A stretch of 64,000 bases of DNA from an uncultured virus (IMG/VR IMGVR_UViG_3300020215_000002) (IMGVR_UViG_3300020215_000002); one strand, 5' to 3'. Numbered from the stretch's first letter, positions 1-9,202 are shown. Made by a program: numbers and translations. Notes: generated from the sequence alone by a model not told the origin.

Positions 1-185
1 ATGGGGATGTGCTCGACTGGCTGGCCGCGTGGGTAGACGACCCGGACAACCAATGCACGGTGTCCGCCCTGAAACTCTTTGCCGCGCGTGCCCGCCGTAT
101 CCGGGGCGGCTGACGCCCCCGCGGCCCAATCGGGTACTATCCGGCCGTTCACGCATCTGGCCAAAATCCCAAGAAAACACGGGAA

Positions 186-265
186 ATCCCGAGCGCCCCC
201 TGGGGGACTTGAACCCCCACCTTTCGGCTTTAGAGACCGGCGCTTCGCCTTGACGCCACTCGGGA
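186..265 (-). tRNA. tRNA-like element with CUA (amber) anticodon and an 8-nt insertion before the 3' acceptor strand; possibly degenerate or att-related
   Basis: Minus strand reads TCCCGAG TG GCGTCAAGGCGAAGCG CCGGT CTCTAAA GCCGA AAGGT GGGGG TTCAAGT CCCCC [AGGGGGCG] CTCGGGA. Canonical T arm, 7-nt anticodon loop, complementary ends, no encoded CCA. Confidence 0.5.
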
Positions 266-334
266 ATTATGGGACTTTCTGCGCCGTCGCCCGGCCGGAC
301 TACACCCGCAGTACACCCGATGGGGCGATCCGCC

Positions 335-1495
335 ATGCGCCAGCCGCCCGAGAAGCCGAGGCCCGACTTCCCGCTTTTCCCGCACGCTTCCGGGCAGTGG
401 GCCAAGAAGATCCGGGGGAGGCTGCACTATTTCGGGGTTTGGGCCGACCCGGAAGCGGCCGAGGCGAACTACACCCGCAAGGCCGACGACCTGCACGCCG
501 GCCGGGAACCGCCGGTGGGCGGGGACGCCTTGACCCTCCGCGAGCTGGCCAACCACTTCCTGACCCGGAAGAAAAACGCCGTCATCGCCCGCGAGATGAC
601 GAGTCGGGTGTGGGCTGACTACGACCGGGCGTGCGGCCGGATTCTGGACGTGCTCGGCAAACGGAAGTTGGTCGCGGATCTCGTGCCGGATGATTTTGCC
701 AAGCTCAGGGCGTCGGCGGCAAGGACGCTCGGCCCGGTCGCCCTGGGCAACTTCGTCCGCCGGGTGCGGACGCTGTTCAAGCACGCCTACGACGCCAGAT
801 TGATCGCGGCCCCGGTGTGGTACGGCCAGAGCTTCGACCCTCCCCCGAAGCGCGTCCTGCGACTCCAGAAGGCCAACGCCGCGCCGAAGATGATCCCGGC
901 GGAGGTGCTGAGGCGACTGATTGACGCCGCCGGGCCGCAACTGAGAGCAATGATCCTGCTGGCGATCAACGCCGGCCTCGGACAGGCCGACTGCGCCCAG
1001 CTCCCGCGAACCGCCCTCGCCCGCCGCCCGGGCTGGCTCGACTTCCCGCGACCGAAGACGGGGATCGCCCGGCGGTGCCCGCTCTGGCCCGAGACCGTGC
1101 AGGCGCTGCGGGAGGCGACCGACATCCGGCCGGCCCCCCGAGACCCGGCCCACGCCGGCCTCGTCTTCCTCACCCGGACCGGTCGGCCGTGGGTGCGGTA
1201 TGCGGGGATGGACGCCAAGACGCCCGGGGGCCGGACGGACGCCGTGGCCTTCGAGTGGGTCAAACTCTGCCGGCGGGTGGGGGTGAAGGTGCCGGGCGCG
1301 TTCTACACCCTGCGTGCGGTTTTCCGCACCATCGCGGACGGCACCAAGGACCCGGTGGCTATCGACCTCATCATGGGGCACGCCGATCAGACGATGGGGG
1401 GTGTCTACCGCCAGGGGGTGGACGACGCCCGTCTGCTTGCCGTGACCGACCACGTTCGCCAGTGGCTTTGGCCGGCCAAGGCCGAAAAGAGATAG
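335..1495 (+). CDS. int: Tyrosine recombinase / phage integrase
   Basis: N-terminal PEKPRPDFPLFPHASGQWAKKIRGRLHYFG arm domain, RPKTG, FYTLRAVFRT, LIMGH and a downstream catalytic Tyr (GGVY). Start chosen at ATG 335; the ORF is open from 269. Confidence 0.92.
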   Translation: MRQPPEKPRPDFPLFPHASGQWAKKIRGRLHYFGVWADPEAAEANYTRKADDLHAGREPPVGGDALTLRELANHFLTRKKNAVIAREMTSRVWADYDRACGRILDVLGKRKLVADLVPDDFAKLRASAARTLGPVALGNFVRRVRTLFKHAYDARLIAAPVWYGQSFDPPPKRVLRLQKANAAPKMIPAEVLRRLIDAAGPQLRAMILLAINAGLGQADCAQLPRTALARRPGWLDFPRPKTGIARRCPLWPETVQALREATDIRPAPRDPAHAGLVFLTRTGRPWVRYAGMDAKTPGGRTDAVAFEWVKLCRRVGVKVPGAFYTLRAVFRTIADGTKDPVAIDLIMGHADQTMGGVYRQGVDDARLLAVTDHVRQWLWPAKAEKR

Positions 1496-1744
1496 TCACT
1501 TCTTTCGCTTGGGGGGTGGTAGCAGGTCCACCACCGACACCCCGTAGGCTTCCGCCAGCCGGATCAGGACCTTGACGGTCGGGGTCCGCTTGTCCGTCTC
1601 GAACATCGCGATGCTGACCTGATGAAGCCCCGCCCGCTCCCCGGCCTGCGCCTGGGAGAGGCCGGCGGCTTCCCTCGCGGCGCGTAGCCGCTCGGCCAAC
1701 CCTGGCACCGAATCGCGTCCTGGCATCAGCACGGTTGTACCCAT
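1496..1744 (-). CDS. XRE-family HTH repressor
   Basis: LAERLRAAREAAGLSQAQAGERAGLHQVSIAMFETDKRTP is an HTH_3 pattern. Confidence 0.9.
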   Translation of the reverse strand: MGTTVLMPGRDSVPGLAERLRAAREAAGLSQAQAGERAGLHQVSIAMFETDKRTPTVKVLIRLAEAYGVSVVDLLPPPKRKK

Positions 1745-1799
1745 ATCGACAAAGTTTAGCCAATAACTACTTGACTATCAATATCGACATCGTTATTAT
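1743..1799. promoter_or_regulatory. Overlapping divergent sigma70-like promoters with a repeated operator-like ATATCGAC
   Basis: Plus strand TTGACT(1771)-17-TATTAT(1794). Minus strand TTGATA(1776-1781)-17-TAAACT(1753-1758). ATATCGAC occurs at 1743 and 1781. Confidence 0.75.
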
Positions 1800-1825
1800 C
1801 AGGGTGTCGCCCCAGGAGACTTCCG

Positions 1826-2416
1826 ATGCGAGCCACGACCCGCAAGACGACCAAGCCGACGAAGCCTGTTGTCCGCACGCTGTTCCGCGTGCTGGTCGAT
1901 GTCCTGGGTCCGGTCGGCAACGTGGTAGAGATGGACCCGACCCACCCTGACACCAAGGCCCGCGAGGCGAGGGGCGAGATTCGCCCAGCCACTCAGGCCG
2001 AGCGCGGCCCGGCGGTGCCGTTCTTCCAGACCTTCAACCGGACCGAAATGACGTGGCACCCGGAGACGGAGGGGTCGTATCTGGTGGTGTTCAAGGCCGG
2101 GTGCGACGGCCAAATGGCGGACGGGCGACGGCTACAACTGGCGTTCGGGTCGGTCGGGGTGCCGTGTAAGTTCCTCGAAGCCGCCGTCGCCGACCTCGTT
2201 CTCGCCGAAGCCATGTACCCGGACGTGGCCGGCCGACTGACCATCGTCAAGGCCCCGTGCGTTTACTGCCGGGCCGAGGACCATCGGGCGGTCGAGTGGG
2301 CCGCTACCGCCGAGATGCGGGCCGACGCGGCAACCGTGGCGGCCAAAGACTTTTGCCGCCACCTGTCGCTCGACCCTTACAAGCGGAAGTACCGAATCCC
2401 GTCGTTCTTCTGCTAA
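1826..2416 (+). CDS. Hypothetical protein
   Basis: 196-aa ORF with a CAGGAG SD downstream of the promoter. Confidence 0.7.
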   Translation: MRATTRKTTKPTKPVVRTLFRVLVDVLGPVGNVVEMDPTHPDTKAREARGEIRPATQAERGPAVPFFQTFNRTEMTWHPETEGSYLVVFKAGCDGQMADGRRLQLAFGSVGVPCKFLEAAVADLVLAEAMYPDVAGRLTIVKAPCVYCRAEDHRAVEWAATAEMRADAATVAAKDFCRHLSLDPYKRKYRIPSFFC

Positions 2417-2472
2417 TAGCCGTCGGCGGGCCAACGGGGCAAGGACGCCCCCTCACTTCAGGAGAGAGCACC

Positions 2473-3039
2473 ATGAGCCTGACGACCGAGGTCAACGACT
2501 ATTGGCGAATCTACCCGCCCCATCCCGGTTATCGGGTGAGCCGAGACGGGCGGGTGGAGTGCCGTCTGAAATGGGACCGAAAGACGCAGAACTACGTGCT
2601 GGGCGACAGATGGCGGCCCGTCCGGGCCCGCATCCTGCCGAGCGGCTACCACCAAATCGACATTCGGCTCGGCCGCCGCAACCGCCGGCTGGTCAAATCA
2701 GTCACCTACGCCCACCGCATGGTACTTGAGGCGTTCATCGGCCCGTGCCCGCCCGGGATGCTGGCCCGCCACGTCAACGACCGCGACCGGGGCAACAATC
2801 ACCTGGACAACCTCGCATGGGGTACTCAGACGGAGAACATGGCCGACGCGCTCCGGCACGGCACCCGGCCGAGGGGAGTAACTTGCGGGGCCTCCAAGCT
2901 CACCGAGGAACAGGTTCGCGAGATTCGCCGCCGGTTCGCCGCCGGTGGCAATCGGCGACTGATCGCCCTGGACTTCGGGATCGTGATCAGGAACGTATAC
3001 AGGATCGCGGACGGCGAACTCTGGGGCCATCTCGTCTAG
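2473..3039 (+). CDS. NUMOD4-like/HNH homing endonuclease with C-terminal HTH
   Basis: [59 protein letters not shown]. Confidence 0.88.
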   Translation: MSLTTEVNDYWRIYPPHPGYRVSRDGRVECRLKWDRKTQNYVLGDRWRPVRARILPSGYHQIDIRLGRRNRRLVKSVTYAHRMVLEAFIGPCPPGMLARHVNDRDRGNNHLDNLAWGTQTENMADALRHGTRPRGVTCGASKLTEEQVREIRRRFAAGGNRRLIALDFGIVIRNVYRIADGELWGHLV

Positions 3040-3041
3040 CC

Positions 3042-3224
3042 CTGCGGCACATCCACCGGACGGTCGCCGACGAGGTTCGCGACCGGCCTGCCATCGACCT
3101 GATTATGGGACACGCGGACGTGGGGATGGGGGCGGCCTATGTCGAGCGGATCGGCGATGAGCGGTTACAGGCCGTGGTCGATCACGTCCGGGCCTGGCTG
3201 TGGCCGAAGACGAAAAAGAAGTGA
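3042..3224 (+). pseudogene. C-terminal remnant of a second integrase
   Basis: LRHIHRTVADEVRDRPAIDLIMGHADVGMGAAYVERIGDERLQAVVDHVRAWLWP aligns by eye with the last ~60 aa of the 335-1495 integrase. No N-terminal part is present. Confidence 0.85.
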
Positions 3225-3610
3225 CGTACTGGGGTAAGCGAATCCGTATGTGGGTCTGGAGAAGGTGCGCCGGGGCCCCAAGAATCGGCCTCAATTCCTT
3301 CGGCCTCGTCTTAGAAAAACGAACACCTTAAAGCACTTTTCAGGAGTCTTCATAGTCGCCCGTGGGTATCCTGACTATGCGGAACCAGACCCATCGCCCC
3401 GGCTCGTAGCCCCCTCTGACAGCTGACGTTTCCGGCCCGTTGGCGGAGAAATCCGCCGCCGGCCCGGAAGCCGTTACCCCGGCCGTTACCGAGGGTTGTG
3501 CGTGATGCTGCGCACAATCCGGACGGATTGGACTAGCGGACTTTGACCGCTGTGCCATATCTGCTGTTTGATGTACAGGCGCCCACTACGTCAGTAACCG
3601 CCTGAGAGGG
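3225..3610. other. Candidate attachment (att) region
   Basis: Non-coding and partly AT-rich, between the integrase C-terminus and the xis-like genes. Tandem GCCGTTACC at 3470 and 3482 resemble arm-type sites; inverted repeat CATAGTC/GACTATG at 3351-3379. Confidence 0.4.
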
Positions 3611-3648
3611 CCAACGACGGCCCCATTCCTCACCCTGGATCTCCTGCC

Positions 3649-3849
3649 ATGACGAACCCCACCCCCGGCCGCCAAGATGCCGTTGCCGAATTCGCCGACG
3701 CCCTGCGCACTGTGGCCGAACGGCACCCCGAGGTGCCGTTCGTGGACGTCACGGTTAGTTACTTGGACGGGTCGAACGCCGATGTGGTGGTCATTCGGTC
3801 GGCGGGGGCGGGGGCCCCTTCCCCTCCGCCTTCCGGGCCTTCCGCTTGA
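3649..3849 (+). CDS. Small hypothetical protein
   Basis: 66-aa ORF with plausible composition. Confidence 0.45.
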   Translation: MTNPTPGRQDAVAEFADALRTVAERHPEVPFVDVTVSYLDGSNADVVVIRSAGAGAPSPPPSGPSA

Positions 3850-4096
3850 GCATGGCCTGATACTCGTTCCACAACCACTCGCGGAGCCGGGCGTCCAGGT
3901 AGACGCCGATGGTTATGGTTCTCTTTTCTTCCTTGCTCTTTTCCTCGGCCAACTCCTTGGCCCATTGGGCAACGTCCTTGTAGAGGTTGACCGACTTCAT
4001 GGTCTCCGGTCGGGGCGACCCCGACCGCTTCTTCGCGTCGTCCGGTGATTCGCCGCCGGGCGTCTGTTCGCGACTGCGTGCCACTGTTCCAACCAT
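3791..4096 (-). CDS. Putative ribbon-helix-helix/CopG-like regulator
   Basis: MKSVNLYKDVAQWAKELA..TIGVYLDARLREWLWNEY; divergent from the xis-like genes; start uncertain. Confidence 0.55.
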   Translation of the reverse strand: MVGTVARSREQTPGGESPDDAKKRSGSPRPETMKSVNLYKDVAQWAKELAEEKSKEEKRTITIGVYLDARLREWLWNEYQAMLKRKARKAEGKGPPPPPTE

Positions 4097-4155
4097 TGGT
4101 GCGCGTCCACTCCCAACTTCCAAGATAGCGACACTTCTAGCCTTCAGGCGATTCG

Positions 4156-4231
4156 TCCAAGATTTTCCAAGATTTGCCTTGCGTCGGCGCGACGACGCGC
4201 CTACATTGCTTTCAATCGACGCGACGACGCG
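4156..4231 (+). promoter_or_regulatory. Promoter with overlapping direct-repeat operators
   Basis: TTGCGT(4179)-17-TACATT(4202). CGCGACGACGCG at 4188 and 4220; tandem TCCAAGATTT at 4156 and 4166. Confidence 0.6.
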
Positions 4232-4250
4232 GCGAACAGAGGAACAGTAG

Positions 4251-4475
4251 ATGCGAACGGCCGAGTCCGAGTTAATGACGCTCGAAGAGGTCTGCTCGGA
4301 ATTCCCGCAGATCAAGCTGCGGACCCTGCGCCGGCGGGTGGACGAGGGCGAGTTCACGAGCGTCCGGGACCGGAAGCGGCGGGGGTCGCCCCACCACCTG
4401 CTCCGGGCCGAAGTCGAAGCCTACGCCCGCGGGATGCTGCCGGAGCTGCGGCGGGTCCGGAGGGCCAAGCGATGA
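4251..4475 (+). CDS. Excisionase/MerR-like HTH protein
   Basis: LMTLEEVCSEFPQIKLRTLRRRVDEGEF. Confidence 0.7.
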   Translation: MRTAESELMTLEEVCSEFPQIKLRTLRRRVDEGEFTSVRDRKRRGSPHHLLRAEVEAYARGMLPELRRVRRAKR

Positions 4476-4720
4476 GCGGGGCCAAATGGCTCACGGTCGC
4501 CGAGGTGGCCGCCCTGTTCGACGTGGACGCCGGGGTGGTGCTGTCCTGGATCGGCGCAAAGAAACTGGCCGCGGTGAACGTGGCCTCGGCCGGGTGCCTG
4601 AAGCGGCCCCGGTGGCGGGTGAGCCAGGCGGCCATTGAGGTGTTCGTGGCCGGCCGGACGAAGGCCCCGCCCCCGGGGCGGCAGCGGCGGACGCGGCTGG
4701 ACGTGGAAGAATTCTACTGA
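4472..4720 (+). CDS. HTH_17 excisionase-like protein
   Basis: WLTVAEVAALFDVDAGVVLSWIGAKKLAAVNV..RPRWRVSQAAIE. Confidence 0.8.
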   Translation: MSGAKWLTVAEVAALFDVDAGVVLSWIGAKKLAAVNVASAGCLKRPRWRVSQAAIEVFVAGRTKAPPPGRQRRTRLDVEEFY

Positions 4721-4723
4721 ACG

Positions 4724-4827
4724 AAAAAGGCCCGCGGCGCTGCGAACGCCCGGACCCACGACCCCAACCAACGGCTTAGGGAGGTTGAGATGCCAGACAT
4801 TTTCGCCGGCCGGGCGTCCCCGGTCAA
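4724..4827 (-). ncRNA. Candidate antisense sRNA (promoter plus terminator)
   Basis: Minus-strand TTGACC(4822-4827)-17-GAAAAT(4799-4804), followed by a GC hairpin ending GGGCCTTTTT (4724-4756). Confidence 0.45.
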
Positions 4828-5033
4828 CCCAACGAGCTGCTGACGGACAGGTGGCGGCGGAGGAACTCCAGGAACCGTCCCCCCTCGGGGGTGAGTTCGA
4901 CCCCCAGCCCTTCGCAGGCCGGGCACCGCCAGGGGCGGCCGTAGTCGTTCCGCTCCTTCGGCTCCCCGGTCCCGCCGCACGACGGGCACGGCTGCTCGTA
5001 GGGGGCGAACGGCTCGGCGGGGGAGTGGGGCAT
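4824..5033 (-). CDS. Small Zn-finger protein (CxxCxGxG x2)
   Basis: CPSCGGTG and CPACEGLG. Confidence 0.65.
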   Translation of the reverse strand: MPHSPAEPFAPYEQPCPSCGGTGEPKERNDYGRPWRCPACEGLGVELTPEGGRFLEFLRRHLSVSSSLG

Positions 5034-5063
5034 GGGGGTCAGTGGCCGTCCAGGGGTGACGGA

Positions 5064-5288
5064 CTACTTGTCGTCGGGGTCCGGCAGTTCAATTCCCTGC
5101 CGCGAAAGGAACTGGACGATGGCCTTCTCGATGATGTCCGTCCGCACGGGCGGCACCGTCTGCCGCCGCCGCCACTCTTCGAGGGCGGCAAACACGTCGG
5201 CCGAGAGCCAGAGGGTGACCGCTCGGCCGACCCGGTTGGGCTTCTTCTTTCCGGCGCCCTGGTCGCCGTTCTTCTTCTTCGCAGGCAT
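5064..5288 (-). CDS. Ribbon-helix-helix regulator, probably leaderless
   Basis: RAVTLWLSADVFAALEEWRRRQ..RTDIIEKAIVQFL; TACAAT 7 nt upstream of the ATG. Confidence 0.7.
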   Translation of the reverse strand: MPAKKKNGDQGAGKKKPNRVGRAVTLWLSADVFAALEEWRRRQTVPPVRTDIIEKAIVQFLSRQGIELPDPDDK

Positions 5289-5391
5289 GCGGAGCATTGT
5301 ACACCCGGCAGGTGGCGGGACACTCGAAATGTCATTCGCATGCGGGGTTGTGTCCATACTCGGAAATCTCTGAAATCTTGCAAATGGTGTA

Positions 5392-5419
5392 TTGACACTT
5401 ACGAACACTCTGTTAGTAT
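5392..5419 (+). promoter_or_regulatory. Strong sigma70-like early promoter
   Basis: TTGACA-16-TAGTAT with extended TG; ATG 6 nt downstream. Confidence 0.75.
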
Positions 5420-5425
5420 ACGTGC

Positions 5426-5695
5426 ATGGGACGACGGAAGTCAACCGACCCGGGGCCAGCCATGACGACGACGCAAGCCAGTTACAGCCGCCCGGTCAAG
5501 ACGCCCGCCACGAAGCGGGAGGGGTTGGCCAACGCGATCCAGTTGGCCATCAACGCCCTGGAAGCGGGGAACGGTCGGGAGGCCCTGCTCCAGATGGTGA
5601 ACCTGCTGGACGACGTGACCAGCAACAGCAACCCGTACAGCGTGGACCCGACCGCCAAGCCCAAGAAGCCCCGGAAGGCCAAGCCGGTCGCCTGA
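5426..5695 (+). CDS. Hypothetical early protein
   Basis: First ORF after the promoter. Confidence 0.65.
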   Translation: MGRRKSTDPGPAMTTTQASYSRPVKTPATKREGLANAIQLAINALEAGNGREALLQMVNLLDDVTSNSNPYSVDPTAKPKKPRKAKPVA

Positions 5696-5798
5696 CCCGC
5701 CGCGTGGCACCGGGGGCCGTTCGACGCGGCCCCGGCGGGATGTGGGGCCACGATCACTCAACCGGCCGGCGGGGGCCGGCCCGCGGGAGGCGAGAGCC

Positions 5799-6173
5799 AT
5801 GACGACCACGAGGGTTCTTTTGACCGGGCCGCAAGCCGAACAGGTCCGGTGGGCGCTCGGCCCGATGGATGACTACTGGTGCAGCGAGGGCGGCGGCCAC
5901 GAGCGGGACGGCCCGATCTACCCCGAATCGGACCTTCCGCGGCTGGAGGAGACCAGTTGGAAGAAGACGCCGGCCGCCCTAGTCCTGTCGCCGCACACGG
6001 ACATCAACGCGGACCTGCTGTACCGGCTGGAGGTCCAGTTGCAGGACATGGCGGACGCGGAACCCGACCAGGCGGCCAGGGGGGCGGCCAGGGCCGGGCT
6101 GAAGGCCGCCGAGACGATTCGCCGCCGTTGCCCGGAGTTGGCCGAACTGCCCGAGGGAGGCGGATACGTGTGA
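5799..6173 (+). CDS. Hypothetical protein
   Basis: ORF with GGGAGG SD in the early operon. Confidence 0.6.
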   Translation: MTTTRVLLTGPQAEQVRWALGPMDDYWCSEGGGHERDGPIYPESDLPRLEETSWKKTPAALVLSPHTDINADLLYRLEVQLQDMADAEPDQAARGAARAGLKAAETIRRRCPELAELPEGGGYV

Positions 6174-6337
6174 CCGCTGGCCCAAATGCGGGGGCATGGA
6201 CGCCCTGCCCGTGCTGTGACGAGTTCTGGTGCCTTGCCCACGGCCGGCACGCCTTCGAGTGTGCGTGTCCGCCGGTCGAGGAGTGGGACACCGACCCCTA
6301 CGCGGTCCGCCCGGACCCCACCGACAGGAGCCCGGCC

Positions 6338-6547
6338 ATGAGCCCGACGCGAGTTATCAGCCTGGACGAGTTCGAGCCGTTCACGGCCTCCGAGGCGGAG
6401 TGGGAACGCATCCTGTCGTCCCGCGAGTACATGGAGTGGGCCGAGGAAGCGAGGCTGGCGGTGCCGCTGGACGAGGCCGAAGTCGCGGCCCTGTACGAGG
6501 CCGAACACCGGGAACGGTTCGGACACGACTACGACAGCGGCCAGTGA
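6338..6547 (+). CDS. Acidic hypothetical protein
   Basis: MSPTRVISLDEF.. with AGGAG SD. Confidence 0.6.
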   Translation: MSPTRVISLDEFEPFTASEAEWERILSSREYMEWAEEARLAVPLDEAEVAALYEAEHRERFGHDYDSGQ

Positions 6548-6566
6548 TGGCAGAGAGGGACGAGTC

Positions 6567-6863
6567 ATGGCGAAAGTGAAACGTGACCGGCGGCGGGTGA
6601 CGCTCAAGGGCCTGCCCGACACGACCCGAGATGTGCGGGCTTCCCCGGCCTACAGCGTGGCCGAAGCCCTCGGATACGTCCGGCATGGCGGGGCGGTCAC
6701 CGCAGCGGGTCCGAACGGTGCCCTGAACGTCTGGACGGATGACGCGGGCCAGTGGCGGATGACGTTCTGTCGGCACCGAGAGACGGTTGATTTGTCCGCC
6801 GCCCGGTTCGTCACGAAGGTCCAAGCGTGGCTGCAAAAGTGGTGGCCCGAGTTGGGCCGGTGA
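6567..6863 (+). CDS. Hypothetical protein
   Basis: ORF in operon context. Confidence 0.6.
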   Translation: MAKVKRDRRRVTLKGLPDTTRDVRASPAYSVAEALGYVRHGGAVTAAGPNGALNVWTDDAGQWRMTFCRHRETVDLSAARFVTKVQAWLQKWWPELGR

Positions 6864-6904
6864 CTAGCGGCGGGGGCGGCCCGGGGACCCAGGCGGAGGC
6901 GACC

Positions 6905-7315
6905 ATGAGCAAGCAGCGGAAGGCACGGGCGAAGCCGACGCCGGGCCCGTGGGAAGTCGATGGGACCGTGGCCCTCGGGGCGTATGGCGTCTGGACCGCC
7001 TACCCGCACCCCCAGAACCCCGGCCATGACGGGGTGGGCTACCCGGTGCAGGTCTGCTCCGTAGCGGTTGGCGATTGGCGCCAGGGTCCAATCGGGCAGG
7101 ACGAGCGAGGGGCGAACGCCGCCCTGATCGCCGCGGCCCCGGACCTGCGGTACGCCCTCCAAGCGTTCGTGGACTACTGCGCCCAAGCCGGCATCGGGGA
7201 CCCGACCGAGGCCGACGAGTACGAAGGTGTCAACGGGTTCGACGGGGATGCGGTGTTCAACTACCGGCAGGCGGTGGCGGCGCTGGCCAAGGCCGCCGGG
7301 GAGCCGACGCCATGA
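6905..7315 (+). CDS. Phage hypothetical protein (TPGPW...ANAALIAAAPDL family)
   Basis: Motifs common in phage early proteins. Confidence 0.75.
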   Translation: MSKQRKARAKPTPGPWEVDGTVALGAYGVWTAYPHPQNPGHDGVGYPVQVCSVAVGDWRQGPIGQDERGANAALIAAAPDLRYALQAFVDYCAQAGIGDPTEADEYEGVNGFDGDAVFNYRQAVAALAKAAGEPTP

Positions 7316-7524
7316 CCCTCACCACCCCCGTGGCCGCCCTGGTCGCCCCGGAGTCCGCGGCCGAACCCGTCCGGCTGGTGCGGCACGACCGCAAACACGG
7401 CCCGGTGGCCTACGACGTGACGCGGCTGGCGGGCGGGGGCGTGGAATGTACTTGTGGGGACGCCTGTTGGAGGCGGCGGGCGTGCAAGCACGTCCGGGCC
7501 CTGGTCGAGATGGAGATCCTATGA
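7312..7524 (+). CDS. SWIM zinc-finger protein
   Basis: ECTCGDACWRRRACKHVRAL fits CxC..CxH. Confidence 0.7.
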   Translation: MTLTTPVAALVAPESAAEPVRLVRHDRKHGPVAYDVTRLAGGGVECTCGDACWRRRACKHVRALVEMEIL

Positions 7525-7563
7525 GCGACGAGAGGACTAAGGACGGCGGACCGGCTCCCGGCC

Positions 7564-8016
7564 GTGTTCGCGGCCGACGAGTCTCTGGTCGCCACCTTCG
7601 CCCGGTGGTGCGACGCCGAGCACGTCGTGCGGCTGGCAAACGGCAGAGACGCCCTCCTGCGGGCGTGCTCGGCCGCCCTCTTGCGGCTGACGGGCGAGGG
7701 GGAGGGGTTTGCGGAGGTGCGGGGGCAGTTGCGGGAGGCGATCCACGAGGCGGTGGGGCAACCACACGGGGGAGCGGGCATGAGCCGGTATCGGGAGCGG
7801 GCGGAAGGGTTCGAGGCCGGGCAGGCGGCAACGGGCCGGCCGGCGTGTGTCGCCGACGACCACCTGGAGTTCCTGGACGCGCTCCGGGAGTCCGGCGACA
7901 CGAATATGTTCGGGGCCCGGCCGTACCTGATGGCCGAGTTCCCGCTGCTGTCGGACGAGGAGGCGGCCACGGTGATGGGGTACTGGATGAAGACGTTCGG
8001 CAACCCGAAGCGGTAG
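7564..8016 (+). CDS. Phage hypothetical protein
   Basis: C-terminal LDALRESGDTNMFGARPYL motif seen in small phage proteins; start uncertain. Confidence 0.6.
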   Translation: MFAADESLVATFARWCDAEHVVRLANGRDALLRACSAALLRLTGEGEGFAEVRGQLREAIHEAVGQPHGGAGMSRYRERAEGFEAGQAATGRPACVADDHLEFLDALRESGDTNMFGARPYLMAEFPLLSDEEAATVMGYWMKTFGNPKR

Positions 8017-8042
8017 CCGAGTCAACCACACGGAGAGTGACC

Positions 8043-8297
8043 ATGTTCGGGATCATCCTTGAGCCGATCCGGCGGGCGGTCCGGGCGGCGACCCGGCAGG
8101 CGGTTGTGGAGTCCGTGGCCGACGGGGTCGGCGACGCGGTCGGGGACATCGCCGCCGCGTTCTCGGACGGGCCGGCGTCCCCGGCCGACCTGCGGGCCCG
8201 GCTGCTGGGGGCGGTCAGCGGGACGGTTGCCGGGGCCGTCGGGGACAGGCCCGCCCCGGAGGGGGCGGAGGCGCCGCGGGGACGGAGGAAGTCATGA
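8043..8297 (+). CDS. Hypothetical protein
   Basis: MFGIILEPIRR.. with GGAG SD. Confidence 0.55.
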   Translation: MFGIILEPIRRAVRAATRQAVVESVADGVGDAVGDIAAAFSDGPASPADLRARLLGAVSGTVAGAVGDRPAPEGAEAPRGRRKS

Positions 8298-8539
8298 GTA
8301 AGCCGCTCGATTACGTCGGCCGGTGCCCGGAGTGCGGCCGGCTGTTGACGTGGATGATCGGGGAAGGGTCGGCAACGCCGAAGGAGGTTGCCAAGGAGGT
8401 GGCCGGCTGGATCAGGGACGGGTTGCAGGTCGAGCGGATGGCCACGGAGGCGGCGCGGGCGGACGATTTCGGCCACACTGAGGTGTGTTCCGTCGGCGAG
8501 AAGGACCGCAAGAGGGCGACCCGCAAGGCGGCGAAGTGA
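8294..8539 (+). CDS. Hypothetical Zn-binding protein
   Basis: CPECG; ATGA overlap with the upstream gene. Confidence 0.6.
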   Translation: MSKPLDYVGRCPECGRLLTWMIGEGSATPKEVAKEVAGWIRDGLQVERMATEAARADDFGHTEVCSVGEKDRKRATRKAAK

Positions 8540-8571
8540 CCGGACACCTGGGGCGACCACGGGGGCGGGCC

Positions 8572-8985
8572 ATGAGCAAGGCGAAGCCGAGGCCGGTCAG
8601 GGTGCGAGTGACCGCCGCCGACATCCGCTCCGGGGAGGCCGGCGACTGCCTCCGGTGCGCCGCGGCCTTGGCATTGCAGCGGGCCACGGGCGACCCCGAG
8701 GCCAACGTCTACGAGCGGGACTGGGCCGTGTGGATCGACGCCCACGGGCGGACGACGTTGGCCCCGGCCGAGGTGCGAAAGTTCGTGTGGGAGTACGACG
8801 CCCTGGGCCGACGGGAAGGCGGGGCGGCGGTCCTGCCCGGCGTGGCGCCGTTCGCCTTCAAGCTGCCGCCGTGGCCCGACTGGCTGGAGCGGTGTGGGCA
8901 TTGTGAGGAGCCGTTCGGCCAAGCCGAACTGGACGACGAGGGGCTGTGCGGGGAGTGCCGGGGGGAGAACGGGGGCGGGCCATGA
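8572..8985 (+). CDS. Hypothetical protein
   Basis: VRVTAADIRSG..C..CAAALALQRA plus C-terminal CxxC pairs. Confidence 0.6.
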   Translation: MSKAKPRPVRVRVTAADIRSGEAGDCLRCAAALALQRATGDPEANVYERDWAVWIDAHGRTTLAPAEVRKFVWEYDALGRREGGAAVLPGVAPFAFKLPPWPDWLERCGHCEEPFGQAELDDEGLCGECRGENGGGP

Positions 8986-9191
8986 GCGACGAGCGACGAG
9001 CCAAGTTGGTAAGGCTGATCCGGGCCGTCCAGGAATCGGCCGCCCAGGCGCCGCACGACTTCTGCGGGGACCAGCGGGACTGGCACCTGCCCCGGCTCCA
9101 ACTGGCCATGCTGACGCTGATGGAGTTGTTCCCGACCGAATCGTATGAGGCTTTCGAGGGGGCAAAGACGCCCTACGGCGACGCCCTCTAG
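8982..9191 (+). CDS. Hypothetical protein
   Basis: ATGA-coupled ORF. Confidence 0.55.
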   Translation: MSDERRAKLVRLIRAVQESAAQAPHDFCGDQRDWHLPRLQLAMLTLMELFPTESYEAFEGAKTPYGDAL

Positions 9192-9202
9192 GCGGGGGGC
9201 CG

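Noticed and set aside
186..265. Pyrrolysine system or genome-wide TAG recoding
   Set aside because: No pylS/B/C/D genes. The TAG-ending genes I checked (3039, 18789, 30618) do not continue in frame into the next gene.
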